A stretch of DNA of 64,000 nucleotides from Spirochaetia bacterium (GTDB lineage: Bacteria > Spirochaetota > Leptospiria > Turneriellales > JAOUOS01), in NCBI GenBank assembly GCA_029880265.1, contig JAOUOT010000008.1, positions 43,311 through 107,310 on the forward strand. The letters are read 5' to 3'. The notes under the pieces are model-generated. The model did not search any database. It was not told where the DNA came from and saw only the letters and a program-made list of their open reading frames with translations. Numbering within the stretch: position 1 is the first letter of the stretch; each line of letters begins with the position of its first letter. Made by a program: the position numbers and the translations under genes. Positions 30,502 through 38,833 of this stretch are shown here, in pieces.

Positions 30502-32747
30502 AAACATACAAAATTCATATAACCGGCGTTGTTCAAGGCGTCGGTTTCAGGCCTTTTCTTCATAAAATAGCCAAAGAAAATAAAATTTTAGGATACGCCT
30601 TTAATTATACCGGGGGGGTTATTGTTGAAATTCAGGGTGATGAAAAAGCAAAAAGAAAATTTATCGATGATATTAAAGAAAAAAAACCGCCTTTGGCCCA
30701 AATAAATTCTCTTTCTTTTACAGAATGCGACTTAAAAACTATATTTTCTGACTTTGAAATTCGTTTATCTCAAGCCGCGGCCGAAGGCGCATCAGAAAAG
30801 GTACCTGCATTATTGCCGCCCGATATGGCCGTTTGTGAAGACTGTCAAAAAGAGATGAGTTTATCTTCTGATAAGAGATCTTTTTATCCTTTTATTAATT
30901 GTACCAATTGCGGCCCCAGATATACCATATTAAACCGCCTGCCTTATGACAGAAAAAATACCTCTATGGCCGAGTTTGCTATGTGTTCCCGGTGCAATAA
31001 AGAATATACCGATATTCTTGACAGACGCTATCATGCCGAACCGACCTGCTGCCCCGAGTGCGGCCCGCAGGTTTTATTAAAAGATAAAAACGATAAAACA
31101 ATCGGGCTATCTCAAGAGGCGATAAATCATTTTGTTCTAAAAATTAAAGAGGGATGCATCTTGGCCCTAAAGGGCATAGGCGGTTTTCATTTGTTATGCG
31201 ACGCGTCAAATAATGACGCTGTTAAAAAACTGCGCGCGCGAAAAAAAAGAAGCGACAAACCTTTTGCCGTCATGTTCCCTTCAATAGAAGTATTAAAAGA
31301 GCATCTGGTTATAAATGAAACAGAAGAATCATTTATACTTTCAAGGCAAAGGCCCATTGTGATCTTAAAGAAAAATCAAAAATCAAATTTGGCGCAGAAT
31401 ATTTCGCCCGGTTCAGATACTATCGGGGCTTTTTTGCCTTATTCTCCGCTTCATATTTTAATCTTAGACAAATTTAACGATCCCATTGTGGCAACCAGCG
31501 CGAACATAAGCGAAGAGCCAATCATTAAAGATTATGAACTCCTAAAAACCAGGCTAAACGGCGTGTTTGACTATGCTCTTGATCATAACCGAAAAATTCT
31601 TCACGGCTGCGACGATTCTGTTATGCGCGTGTCAGAAAAAATTCCTATTGTGATGAGAAGAGCAAGAGGTATGGCTCCGGGTTTTTTTCACCTGCCCCGA
31701 AAATTACAGAATAATGTGCTGGCTGTAGGGGCTCAGCAAAAAAATACTATAACATTTGGCATTGAAGATAAGGTTATCATGACCCCTCATATAGGCGATC
31801 TCGGGAGTTACTTTGCCGATAACTTTTTTAAAGATAATTACAACGCTTTAAAAAATATTTATTCTTTTGAACCCGATCTTATCGTTTGCGATAAACATCC
31901 GCGTTACTTTACCACAGAATGGGCGCAAACGCAAAATATACCGATGGTCTCTGTTCAGCATCATTATGCTCATGCGCTTTCATTGATGCTTGAAAATAAT
32001 ATTAAAGAAGATGAAACTTTATTTTGCGCCGTCTTTGACGGCACCGGTTACGGCGACGATGAAAATATCTGGGGAGGAGAATTCTTAAACTGCTCTTATA
32101 AAGATTTTACAAGAGAGACATATTTTCATTATTTCAGACTTTTGGGCGGCGAGAAGGCGGTTAAAGAGCCGCGGCGTGTCGCCCTTTCTCTTTTATTTCA
32201 GCTTTATGAAGAAAAATCTCTGCAAATGCCCGAGATTCAAAAATTTAACTTTTCAGAAAATGAAATAGCCGCGCTTTATTCAATGTTTCAAAAAGGAATA
32301 AACTCGCCCTTAAGTTCGTCAGCAGGAAGGCTCTTTGACGCGGCTGCGTCATTGATGAATCTTAGACAAAACATTTCTTATGAAGGCGAAAGCGGGCTTT
32401 TAATTGAAGATCTTTATGACTATAAAGACGAATCTTCTTTTCAATATCATATTGATAAAGGCATTATTTCATGGCAAGGCATTGTCGAGGGTTTAATTGA
32501 AATTAAAGATGAAAAAAAAGCGGCAACCATGTTTATCAATACCCTGGCGCAGATAATTGTTGAACTGGCAAAACCATATGAAAAATTCGGCATTTCGGGA
32601 GGGGTTTTTCAAAACAGCGCTCTTGTTTGGCGCATAAATAAGTTAGCCGAGAAACATCGACTGAAGCTTTTTACCCATATTCATTATCCGCCAAACGACG
32701 GAGGTATCTCTTTGGGGCAAATTGCCTCGCGCCTTTACAGCCATTGA
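30498..32747 (+). CDS. hypF: [NiFe]-hydrogenase maturation carbamoyltransferase HypF
   Basis: Acylphosphatase domain (VQGVGFRPF), two CXXC-X18-CXXC zinc fingers, YrdC-like and Kae1-like domains; TTG start overlapping the fba stop. Confidence 0.92.
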   Translation: MKTYKIHITGVVQGVGFRPFLHKIAKENKILGYAFNYTGGVIVEIQGDEKAKRKFIDDIKEKKPPLAQINSLSFTECDLKTIFSDFEIRLSQAAAEGASEKVPALLPPDMAVCEDCQKEMSLSSDKRSFYPFINCTNCGPRYTILNRLPYDRKNTSMAEFAMCSRCNKEYTDILDRRYHAEPTCCPECGPQVLLKDKNDKTIGLSQEAINHFVLKIKEGCILALKGIGGFHLLCDASNNDAVKKLRARKKRSDKPFAVMFPSIEVLKEHLVINETEESFILSRQRPIVILKKNQKSNLAQNISPGSDTIGAFLPYSPLHILILDKFNDPIVATSANISEEPIIKDYELLKTRLNGVFDYALDHNRKILHGCDDSVMRVSEKIPIVMRRARGMAPGFFHLPRKLQNNVLAVGAQQKNTITFGIEDKVIMTPHIGDLGSYFADNFFKDNYNALKNIYSFEPDLIVCDKHPRYFTTEWAQTQNIPMVSVQHHYAHALSLMLENNIKEDETLFCAVFDGTGYGDDENIWGGEFLNCSYKDFTRETYFHYFRLLGGEKAVKEPRRVALSLLFQLYEEKSLQMPEIQKFNFSENEIAALYSMFQKGINSPLSSSAGRLFDAAASLMNLRQNISYEGESGLLIEDLYDYKDESSFQYHIDKGIISWQGIVEGLIEIKDEKKAATMFINTLAQIIVELAKPYEKFGISGGVFQNSALVWRINKLAEKHRLKLFTHIHYPPNDGGISLGQIASRLYSH

Positions 32748-32959
32748 GTTTTGCAGAAGTTTAACCCTTTATCTGAAATTTCAAAATAATCTTCTTCGGG
32801 TTCAAGAACAAAGCCCTTTGATTTTAGGTTTTCAACAATGTTTCTTATCATAAAGATACTGATTCCCAGGGTTTCATTTAAACCATAAATTGATAAAAAG
32901 CAGTTTGCGGATGTCTTTTCGTAGATTTCAAGCAGTACAAGTTTATCCGGCTCTTTCAA
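32735..32959 (-). CDS. Small hypothetical protein, possibly winged-helix
   Basis: 74 aa, 4-nt overlap with the upstream polyferredoxin gene; its 3' end overlaps hypF convergently by 13 nt. Confidence 0.35.
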   Translation of the reverse strand: MKEPDKLVLLEIYEKTSANCFLSIYGLNETLGISIFMIRNIVENLKSKGFVLEPEEDYFEISDKGLNFCKTQWL

Positions 32960-34596
32960 AATCTATTGATTCCTTCGGCAGATTTTGGCGTTGTCACTCT
33001 AATGGCCCCGTCGCCCGGTACGGGACATTTGTTTTCGCATATACCGCAGCCGATGCATAACTCTTCAATAACATAAGGCAGCATGACTTTGACTTTTTCA
33101 TTTTTTTTGTTAAACGATATTTCGTTTCGAAATTTAATAGCCTTATCGCTTGTGGGGCACATTTCTTCGCATACTATACAATTGATTGACTCTGCCCATG
33201 GGATGCACCTGTCTTTATCAAAATAAGCGGTGCCGATAATATATTTTTCTTTATCGGTTTTTTCATATTTTTCAAGAGCGTCTGTAGGGCAGATTTTTGA
33301 GCATAAATTACAGTTTTTCTCGCAGTAACCCAGGCGTGGTATAAGGCGAGGGGCAAACATGCCCTCAATGCCCGTTTCTAAAAAAGCCGGATGAAGGGCG
33401 TTTGTGGGGCATACCTTCATGCACTGGGCGCATCGAATACATTTTTGTAAAAAGTCTTCTTCGTCTCTTGAGCCCGGCGGACGTATTATATAAAAACTTC
33501 CAATTTTTTTATTCGCGTTTACTTTCAAAAAAGGAATAAAAAATAAAGAGGCCAAAAAACCCTGCAATATTGTTTTTCGGGTAATTTTTGTATGCTGATT
33601 TTCTGTTTTTTGTACCGTTATTTCGGGTTTTAAGATTTTATTTTTAATAAAGTCGGGCGCGGTAAACTTAAAAGCAGCCGCCTGCGATGGGCATACCTTT
33701 AAGCATTCAAAGCATTTTATGCATTCTTCTTCAAGCGTTTTTTGACCGTTATCAAAAATAGCGCTCATGCGGCAGCTAATCTGGCACTTTTTACAGCTAT
33801 TGCATTTTTTGGGATCGACAATTCTTCGAAATATAGAAAATTTTGAAGATATGGCAAAAACCGCGCCTAACGGGCACAACGATTTGCACCAGAATCTTTT
33901 GTTTATTATAGACAATAAAAGTACGGTTAAAAAAACAAAAAAAACGGGAACATGTTCATAGTAGGTAACGCGGTTAAAATCAAGAAAATGATCTTTAAAA
34001 AAATCAAAAACCGGCTCTGATATAACATTAACCAAAGGAACATAATATAAACCTTCAAAAATAATTCTAATAAGTCTGTCAAAATAAGCGTATAGAGTAA
34101 CCGCATATGATCTGTAGGCCATAGACAAAGGGTCAACAACCCCCGAAATATGCACCCCCGCCAATGCCGTTAAAAGAGATATAATTAAAACGGCATACTT
34201 TAGACTTTTTAACTTTGCCGCTTTTTTATCATATTCAAAAGACGATGATTTTTTTCTTATAAGGGCCCTATCAGAAGCGTCAATGGTAATTCCCATGGGG
34301 CAAATCCATCCGCAGAAAAAACGTCCAAAAAATATTACCGTTAATAAAACGACAAAAGATATAAAAAATGTTTCAGCAAATTTCATGGTCGCTAAAGAAA
34401 CGCTTAACGACAAATGAAAAGAAAGCGTTGTAAAAAGATTATAAAAAGAAGGTTCGTCAACAGGATCTCGGGCGTAAATTAAAAAAGATATAAAAAAAAG
34501 CCAGAAAAGAAACTGGCCAAAAGCCCGCATTTTAGACCAATAAGAAGCGTTCATATTATTATACGGAGAAAATATAAAATATGCCGGCGTAAGCAA
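32956..34596 (-). CDS. Membrane-bound polyferredoxin (NapH/MauN-like N-terminal domain plus multiple 4Fe-4S domains)
   Basis: CGWICPMG and WCKSLCPLG membrane-domain motifs; six CX2CX2CX3C(P)-type motifs (e.g. CIKCFECLKVCP, CIRCAQCMKVCP, CIGCGICENKCP). Confidence 0.75.
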   Translation of the reverse strand: MLTPAYFIFSPYNNMNASYWSKMRAFGQFLFWLFFISFLIYARDPVDEPSFYNLFTTLSFHLSLSVSLATMKFAETFFISFVVLLTVIFFGRFFCGWICPMGITIDASDRALIRKKSSSFEYDKKAAKLKSLKYAVLIISLLTALAGVHISGVVDPLSMAYRSYAVTLYAYFDRLIRIIFEGLYYVPLVNVISEPVFDFFKDHFLDFNRVTYYEHVPVFFVFLTVLLLSIINKRFWCKSLCPLGAVFAISSKFSIFRRIVDPKKCNSCKKCQISCRMSAIFDNGQKTLEEECIKCFECLKVCPSQAAAFKFTAPDFIKNKILKPEITVQKTENQHTKITRKTILQGFLASLFFIPFLKVNANKKIGSFYIIRPPGSRDEEDFLQKCIRCAQCMKVCPTNALHPAFLETGIEGMFAPRLIPRLGYCEKNCNLCSKICPTDALEKYEKTDKEKYIIGTAYFDKDRCIPWAESINCIVCEEMCPTSDKAIKFRNEISFNKKNEKVKVMLPYVIEELCIGCGICENKCPVPGDGAIRVTTPKSAEGINRF

Positions 34597-34651
34597 GAGA
34601 TTTTTTAAGCATTGAAATAAAAAAGCTGAATACAGACATGAGCTTCTAAGC

Positions 34652-34720
34652 GGCCACAGAGTTCACAGAGCGCACAGAGAAATTTATCTGTAAACTCTGT
34701 ATTCTCTGAGTTCTCTGTGG
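34652..34720. repeat. Triple CACAGAG 9-mer array mirrored by three CTCTG(A/T)G copies (imperfect long hairpin)
   Basis: GCCACAGAG TTCACAGAG CGCACAGAG ... CTCTGTA TTCTCTGAG TTCTCTGTGGC; outermost 9 bp pair perfectly. Confidence 0.6.
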
Positions 34721-34759
34721 CTTCAACTAAAACCGCCTTCCTATGTATAAATTAAATAC

Positions 34760-34792
34760 AAAAAAAGCCTCCGTTAAAAAAAACAGAGGCTT
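34760..34792 (-). terminator. Rho-independent terminator of flaB
   Basis: Minus strand reads GCCTCTG-TTTTTTTTAA-CGGAGGC followed by T7. Confidence 0.6.
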
Positions 34793-34798
34793 ATCGAA

Positions 34799-35650
34799 TC
34801 AGAAAGTATCAAGAAGTTTCAAAACCAGCTTTGACGAAAAATTCGCCTGAGCCAGCATCGCCGTACCACTCTGAAGTAATATCTGATTCTGAGTGAACTC
34901 GATCATCTCTTCGGCCATATCGGTATCGCGTATTCTTGACTCTGCCGCGACCATATTTTCATAACCCGATCGAAGAGCGTCAATGGTGATGGCCATTCTG
35001 TTATATGACGCTCCAAGATCGGCTCTTTGTTTGTTCAATATGTCTAATGCCTGATCGACAACGCCAATCATACTGTTAGCCTCTCCCACGGTAGATATAG
35101 AGGTTCTTTTGCCCCCGTTATCTACCAGGCTAAAAGCCTGAGCATTCATTGTCGCGACATATGCCCTTATTCTTTGGTTTTGATTCGGACCGACATGAAA
35201 AAATATCGTGCCGGTTTTGCTTCCCCGCGCTAAATTTCCGTCAAGAATTTTTAGGCGGTTAAACTCAGCCTGCGTTGAAATTCTGTTAACTTCATCGATT
35301 AGCTGTGAAACCTCAACCTGAATTTGGGACCTGTCGGCCTGGGAATAAATTCCGTTAGCCGCCTGAACCGAAAGCTCCCTGATGCGCTGTAAGATATCGT
35401 TTACCTGTCCCATGTTGCCTTCGGCAACCTGAATAAACGAATGTCCCATAAGCGCATTTCTTTCGGCTTGTTTAAGCCCGCGAATTTGCGTGCGTATTTT
35501 TTCCGAGACGGCCAAATTTGTGGCGTCATCCCCGGCTTTATTGATACGCATACCGGTGGCCAGTTTTTCCGTTGAACTCTGCAGCCGCGTATATGTCTGG
35601 TGCAGCTGCCTATTCACGAACATGGCCGAAATATTGTGTCGAATCTGCAT
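34799..35650 (-). CDS. flaB: Flagellin, spirochaetal FlaB (core filament) type
   Basis: 283 aa. N-terminal MRINKAGDDATNLAVSEKIRTQIRGLKQAERN, central RIRELSVQAANGIYS..DRSQIQVEVSQLIDEV and C-terminal QILLQSGTAMLAQAN blocks. Confidence 0.88.
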   Translation of the reverse strand: MQIRHNISAMFVNRQLHQTYTRLQSSTEKLATGMRINKAGDDATNLAVSEKIRTQIRGLKQAERNALMGHSFIQVAEGNMGQVNDILQRIRELSVQAANGIYSQADRSQIQVEVSQLIDEVNRISTQAEFNRLKILDGNLARGSKTGTIFFHVGPNQNQRIRAYVATMNAQAFSLVDNGGKRTSISTVGEANSMIGVVDQALDILNKQRADLGASYNRMAITIDALRSGYENMVAAESRIRDTDMAEEMIEFTQNQILLQSGTAMLAQANFSSKLVLKLLDTF

Positions 35651-35655
35651 CTTTT

Positions 35656-35692
35656 CCCTCCGTGTGGTTTTACGCCCTTTTTGACCTCCTTG
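35656..35692 (-). promoter_or_regulatory. Two GGA-containing motifs in the flaB leader (candidate CsrA sites, one overlapping the SD)
   Basis: Minus strand CAAGGAGG (35685-35692) and CACGGAGGG (35656-35664), the latter 5 nt before the ATG. Confidence 0.3.
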
Positions 35693-35932
35693 TTTGTCAG
35701 TCTTAAAGTTTCCTTTAATTTAAGGGGCGTTTTTGACCCATTTTCTTAGGGTCAAAGAGAAAACGGAGATTCCGCAGTCTCTTTAACCCCAAGAGGGGGG
35801 TAAAACCTTTCACAGCGAGAAAAAATGCTTTATATGTCAAAGAGCAAAGGCCAGCTCGAATATTGAGAGGGCATGAACGCGGGCCGGCCCGCAAATCGAA
35901 AACCCGCCCATTTTAAGAGCGTATTTTTATCC

Positions 35933-35957
35933 TTATCGTATAGATCTCGGATTTTTA
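35933..35957 (-). promoter_or_regulatory. Candidate sigma-28 (FliA)-type promoter far upstream of flaB
   Basis: Minus strand TAAA-N13-TACGATAA versus consensus TAAA-N15-GCCGATAA. Spacing is 2 nt short and it would give a ~280-nt leader. Confidence 0.25.
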
Positions 35958-36076
35958 AACTATTAAACTGAATATAGATTATTTTATCTTATTTAAAGAT
36001 AGGGCGCGTTATTTAACGCTACATTATGCCTCATGGAGATATGAGGGGTATTTGCTTTTTTTTTGTTTTTTTTTAA

Positions 36077-36535
36077 TTATTTTGCGACACGAAGATACGT
36101 ATCAACAATATTTTTTATAGGCTCTATCGCTTTAGGCGACGATTGTTCTTCAAGCCATAAAGCTAACTGTACCGATAAATTGTGATTTTTATTAAATTCG
36201 TGTTTTAATACATACTCGGCTAACGGATATTTAATAATCTCAAAAAGCTCTTCAGCTACATTAAGATATTCAGGATCTGAGCCAAGGTAAGAGGCAATGC
36301 ACGCAATTAATTCATGCTTTTTCATGTCGGCTATTTCTTTAGAAATAGCGGTTTCGTTGTCTCCCTCTATTTTATCGTCAAAACCCGAGCAAAAGTTACA
36401 TCTTAATTTTGCTTTGGCGCTTTTATCAACTGTATTAGACTGGTATGTATTTTCGGTAATTTTTTTTCTTTCTTTCATAAGATTTCCTTTATGCGCGGTA
36501 ATTCTCTTAATATTTATATTTTTTACAATATTCAA
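36077..36535 (-). CDS. Hypothetical protein
   Basis: 152-aa ORF, no motif recognised; start may be an internal Met. Confidence 0.4.
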   Translation of the reverse strand: MNIVKNINIKRITAHKGNLMKERKKITENTYQSNTVDKSAKAKLRCNFCSGFDDKIEGDNETAISKEIADMKKHELIACIASYLGSDPEYLNVAEELFEIIKYPLAEYVLKHEFNKNHNLSVQLALWLEEQSSPKAIEPIKNIVDTYLRVAK

Positions 36536-36593
36536 TTTAATACTATAAAATTAAAAATAATTCGTCAAAAAATTTACGTTTTTTTTAAATTTA

Positions 36594-36622
36594 TTTGACA
36601 ATATTAGTAATTTATAATATAC
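36594..36622 (+). promoter_or_regulatory. Sigma-70-like promoter of the Trx-TrxR / peptide-module gene string
   Basis: TTGACA (36594-36599), 17-nt spacer, TATACT (36617-36622), ~85 nt before the first ATG. Confidence 0.4.
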
Positions 36623-36708
36623 TTTTTATCATAAGAATATATGCTTGGTTTAATAAAAATTCAATAAAAATCGAGTTTTTTATATATACTTAAATATGAG
36701 ATAAAATT

Positions 36709-38001
36709 ATGGTTAAAGAGATAACGTCTGAAGAATTTGAAAATATAGTATTAAAAAGCGGGCAGAGCGTTGCCCTTGATTTTTATTCGACAGAATGCCC
36801 CCCGTGCGAGTCGTTGGCGCCAAAATATGCAGATATTGCAGATCGTTTTTCAGAAAAAATAACTTTTTATAAAATGTTCAGGCAAGAAAACCGCGATTTG
36901 GCCCTGAAACTTGGGGTTACATCGAGCCCTACCGTATTATTTTTCAAAGACGGTCAAGAAACAGGCGAAAGACTTTCGGCTGCCGTTAAAAAAAGAGAAA
37001 TTATAAACGAGCTTGAAAAAATGCTTGAGCCGGCCGATTTTGAAAAATTAAATCAAAAAAGACCTCTTGAAAAAAAACAGGCCGATTTGCTTATTTTAGG
37101 CGGAGGTCCGGCGGGGCTTTCGGCCGCTTTATACGCGGCCCAGGCGAAGTTAGATACCGTACTTATTGACGAGGGCCTTGCGGGCGGGCAGGTAAGCACC
37201 ACTCATATGATTTCAAATTATCCGGGAACCGGCAAGCCGATAGCGGGATACGCATTGGCCCACAGCATGAAAGTTCAAGCCGAAGAGGCGGGGGCCAAAA
37301 TTATTTCTGCCGTAGACGTAAGCCGGGTTGAATTTTCTGAAACGGAGCAAAATCATAAAATTACTTTTGACGACGAAATTGAATATGAGGCGAAAGCCGT
37401 AATTTTAGCGATGGGCGCCGAACCGAGACTCTTAGGAGTAAACGGCGAAAAAGAGCTCAAGGGTAAGGGTATTTCATACTGCGCCACATGCGACGGAAAG
37501 TTTTATGAAGATTTAGAGCTTGTCGTAATAGGCGGAGGTAACTCGGCCATTGAAGAGTCGCTTTTTTTAACAAAATTTGCGTCAAAAATTACCATTATAC
37601 ACCAGTTTGCCGAACTTCAGGCAAATAAATTGGCCCAGGAAAAAGCTTTTGAGAACGGCAAAATAAACTTTATTTTTGAGGCGGAACCCAGAAAATTTGA
37701 AAAGAAAGAAAATAAAATGATTGTTACGTTTGAAAATTTAAAAACAAAAGAGACATCAGAAATTATTACTGACGGAGTATTCGTTTTTGTGGGCATGTCT
37801 CCTAAGCTTGGCTCAATAGCCGAAAAGCTTAATACAAACGGCAACGGATATATAATTACAGACGAAGATATGCAGACAAATATCAAGGGCGTTTACGCGG
37901 CCGGCGATATAAGGCAAAAGTCTATTAGGCAGGCGGTTACAGCGGCTTCAGACGGATGTATCGCCGCGATAACGGCTGAAAGATATATTAATAAACATTA
38001 A
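36709..38001 (+). CDS. Thioredoxin-thioredoxin reductase fusion protein (N-terminal Trx domain, C-terminal TrxB)
   Basis: N-terminal Trx fold with a CPPC active site (STECPPCESLAP). TrxR part with GGGPAGLSAALYAAQ, redox CATCDG and GGGNSAIEESLFL. Confidence 0.85.
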   Translation: MVKEITSEEFENIVLKSGQSVALDFYSTECPPCESLAPKYADIADRFSEKITFYKMFRQENRDLALKLGVTSSPTVLFFKDGQETGERLSAAVKKREIINELEKMLEPADFEKLNQKRPLEKKQADLLILGGGPAGLSAALYAAQAKLDTVLIDEGLAGGQVSTTHMISNYPGTGKPIAGYALAHSMKVQAEEAGAKIISAVDVSRVEFSETEQNHKITFDDEIEYEAKAVILAMGAEPRLLGVNGEKELKGKGISYCATCDGKFYEDLELVVIGGGNSAIEESLFLTKFASKITIIHQFAELQANKLAQEKAFENGKINFIFEAEPRKFEKKENKMIVTFENLKTKETSEIITDGVFVFVGMSPKLGSIAEKLNTNGNGYIITDEDMQTNIKGVYAAGDIRQKSIRQAVTAASDGCIAAITAERYINKH

Positions 38002-38005
38002 AAAA

Positions 38006-38656
38006 ATGGGAGAAAAAATGAACGAAGGTACGTTAAGCGAAAAAATTCAAATTAGATACTTAAAAGAAGCCGGCTCAAACTGCTGTTTATCATGCGGGGG
38101 AGCGTTAGATTTCGCCGATTTAAAAGAAGGCGAAACCATGATAGATTTAGGCAGCGGACGAGGTCACGATGTGATAAAAGCGGCCGACATGGTAACGCCT
38201 TCAGGCCATGTTTACGGCATTGATTTTACCGATGAAATGATAAAAACAGCCGAAAAAAACATAGAAAAGTTAAAAATAACAAACGCTAAAATTCTTAAAA
38301 GCGATATTTCTAACATTCCGCTTGAATCTGAAACTGTAGACGCCGTTATTTCAAATTGCGTTATAAATCACGCTCTTGATAAAGAAAAAGTATTTCGCGA
38401 AATTTTCAGACTGCTAAAAACTGGCGGCCGTTTTATCGTATCAGACGTTATAAGCGAAAGCGAACTTCCCGAAGAAGTTAAAAACGACCCTGAAGCATGG
38501 GCAAAATGCTATGGGGGCGCGATACCAAAAAATGACTATTTTAGCGCCGTTGAAAACGCGGGTTTTAACAATATTGATATTCTTGAAGAGTCGAATTCTT
38601 ATGAAAAAGGCGGCGTCTTGGTAAGAAGCATTACAATACGATCATATAAAAAATAA
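38006..38656 (+). CDS. ArsM-like SAM-dependent methyltransferase
   Basis: GSNCCLSCGGALDF..GETMIDLGSGRGHD SAM-binding block and C-terminal AKCYGGAI..AGF block resembling arsenite/thiol methyltransferases. The likely true start is ATG 38018, behind GGGAG. Confidence 0.75.
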   Translation: MGEKMNEGTLSEKIQIRYLKEAGSNCCLSCGGALDFADLKEGETMIDLGSGRGHDVIKAADMVTPSGHVYGIDFTDEMIKTAEKNIEKLKITNAKILKSDISNIPLESETVDAVISNCVINHALDKEKVFREIFRLLKTGGRFIVSDVISESELPEEVKNDPEAWAKCYGGAIPKNDYFSAVENAGFNNIDILEESNSYEKGGVLVRSITIRSYKK

Positions 38657-38683
38657 AACAAACAAAACAAAACAAAACAAAAA
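38655..38683 (+). repeat. AAAAC pentanucleotide tract
   Basis: AAAAC AAAC AAAAC AAAAC AAAAC AAAAA between the methyltransferase stop and the GGAG of the small ORF. Confidence 0.6.
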
Positions 38684-38692
38684 GGAGAAAAG

Positions 38693-38833
38693 ATGAAATC
38701 GCTTGTTAAGAAAATTGAAGAAAAAAAGAACACCACCAAAATAGATAAGAAAGAAAATAAAGAAGAAAAGCCAAAGACGGCGGCGCAATGCTGCGCCAAG
38801 ACATCGAAAGTTATTTCGGGCTGTCACGATTAA
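38693..38833 (+). CDS. Unannotated 46-aa Cys-rich peptide, candidate RiPP/cofactor precursor
   Basis: GGAG 5 nt upstream of the ATG. Translation MKSLVKKIEEKKNTTKIDKKENKEEKPKTAAQCCAKTSKVISGCHD. Immediately upstream of a radical SAM/SPASM gene. Confidence 0.45.
   Translation: MKSLVKKIEEKKNTTKIDKKENKEEKPKTAAQCCAKTSKVISGCHD

Noticed and set aside
36020-36076. CCTCAT-GGAGAT-ATGAGG hairpin followed by a T-run as a terminator
   Set aside because: The T-run follows the stem on the plus strand, where there is no upstream plus-strand gene. For the minus-strand gene ending at 36077 the stem is only 6 bp and lacks a trailing U-tract. The evidence is too weak to call.
36600-36617. Perfect TATAAT at 36612-36617 as the -10 element for TTGACA at 36594
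   Set aside because: The spacer would be only 12 nt. TATACT at 36617-36622 gives the canonical 17-nt spacing.
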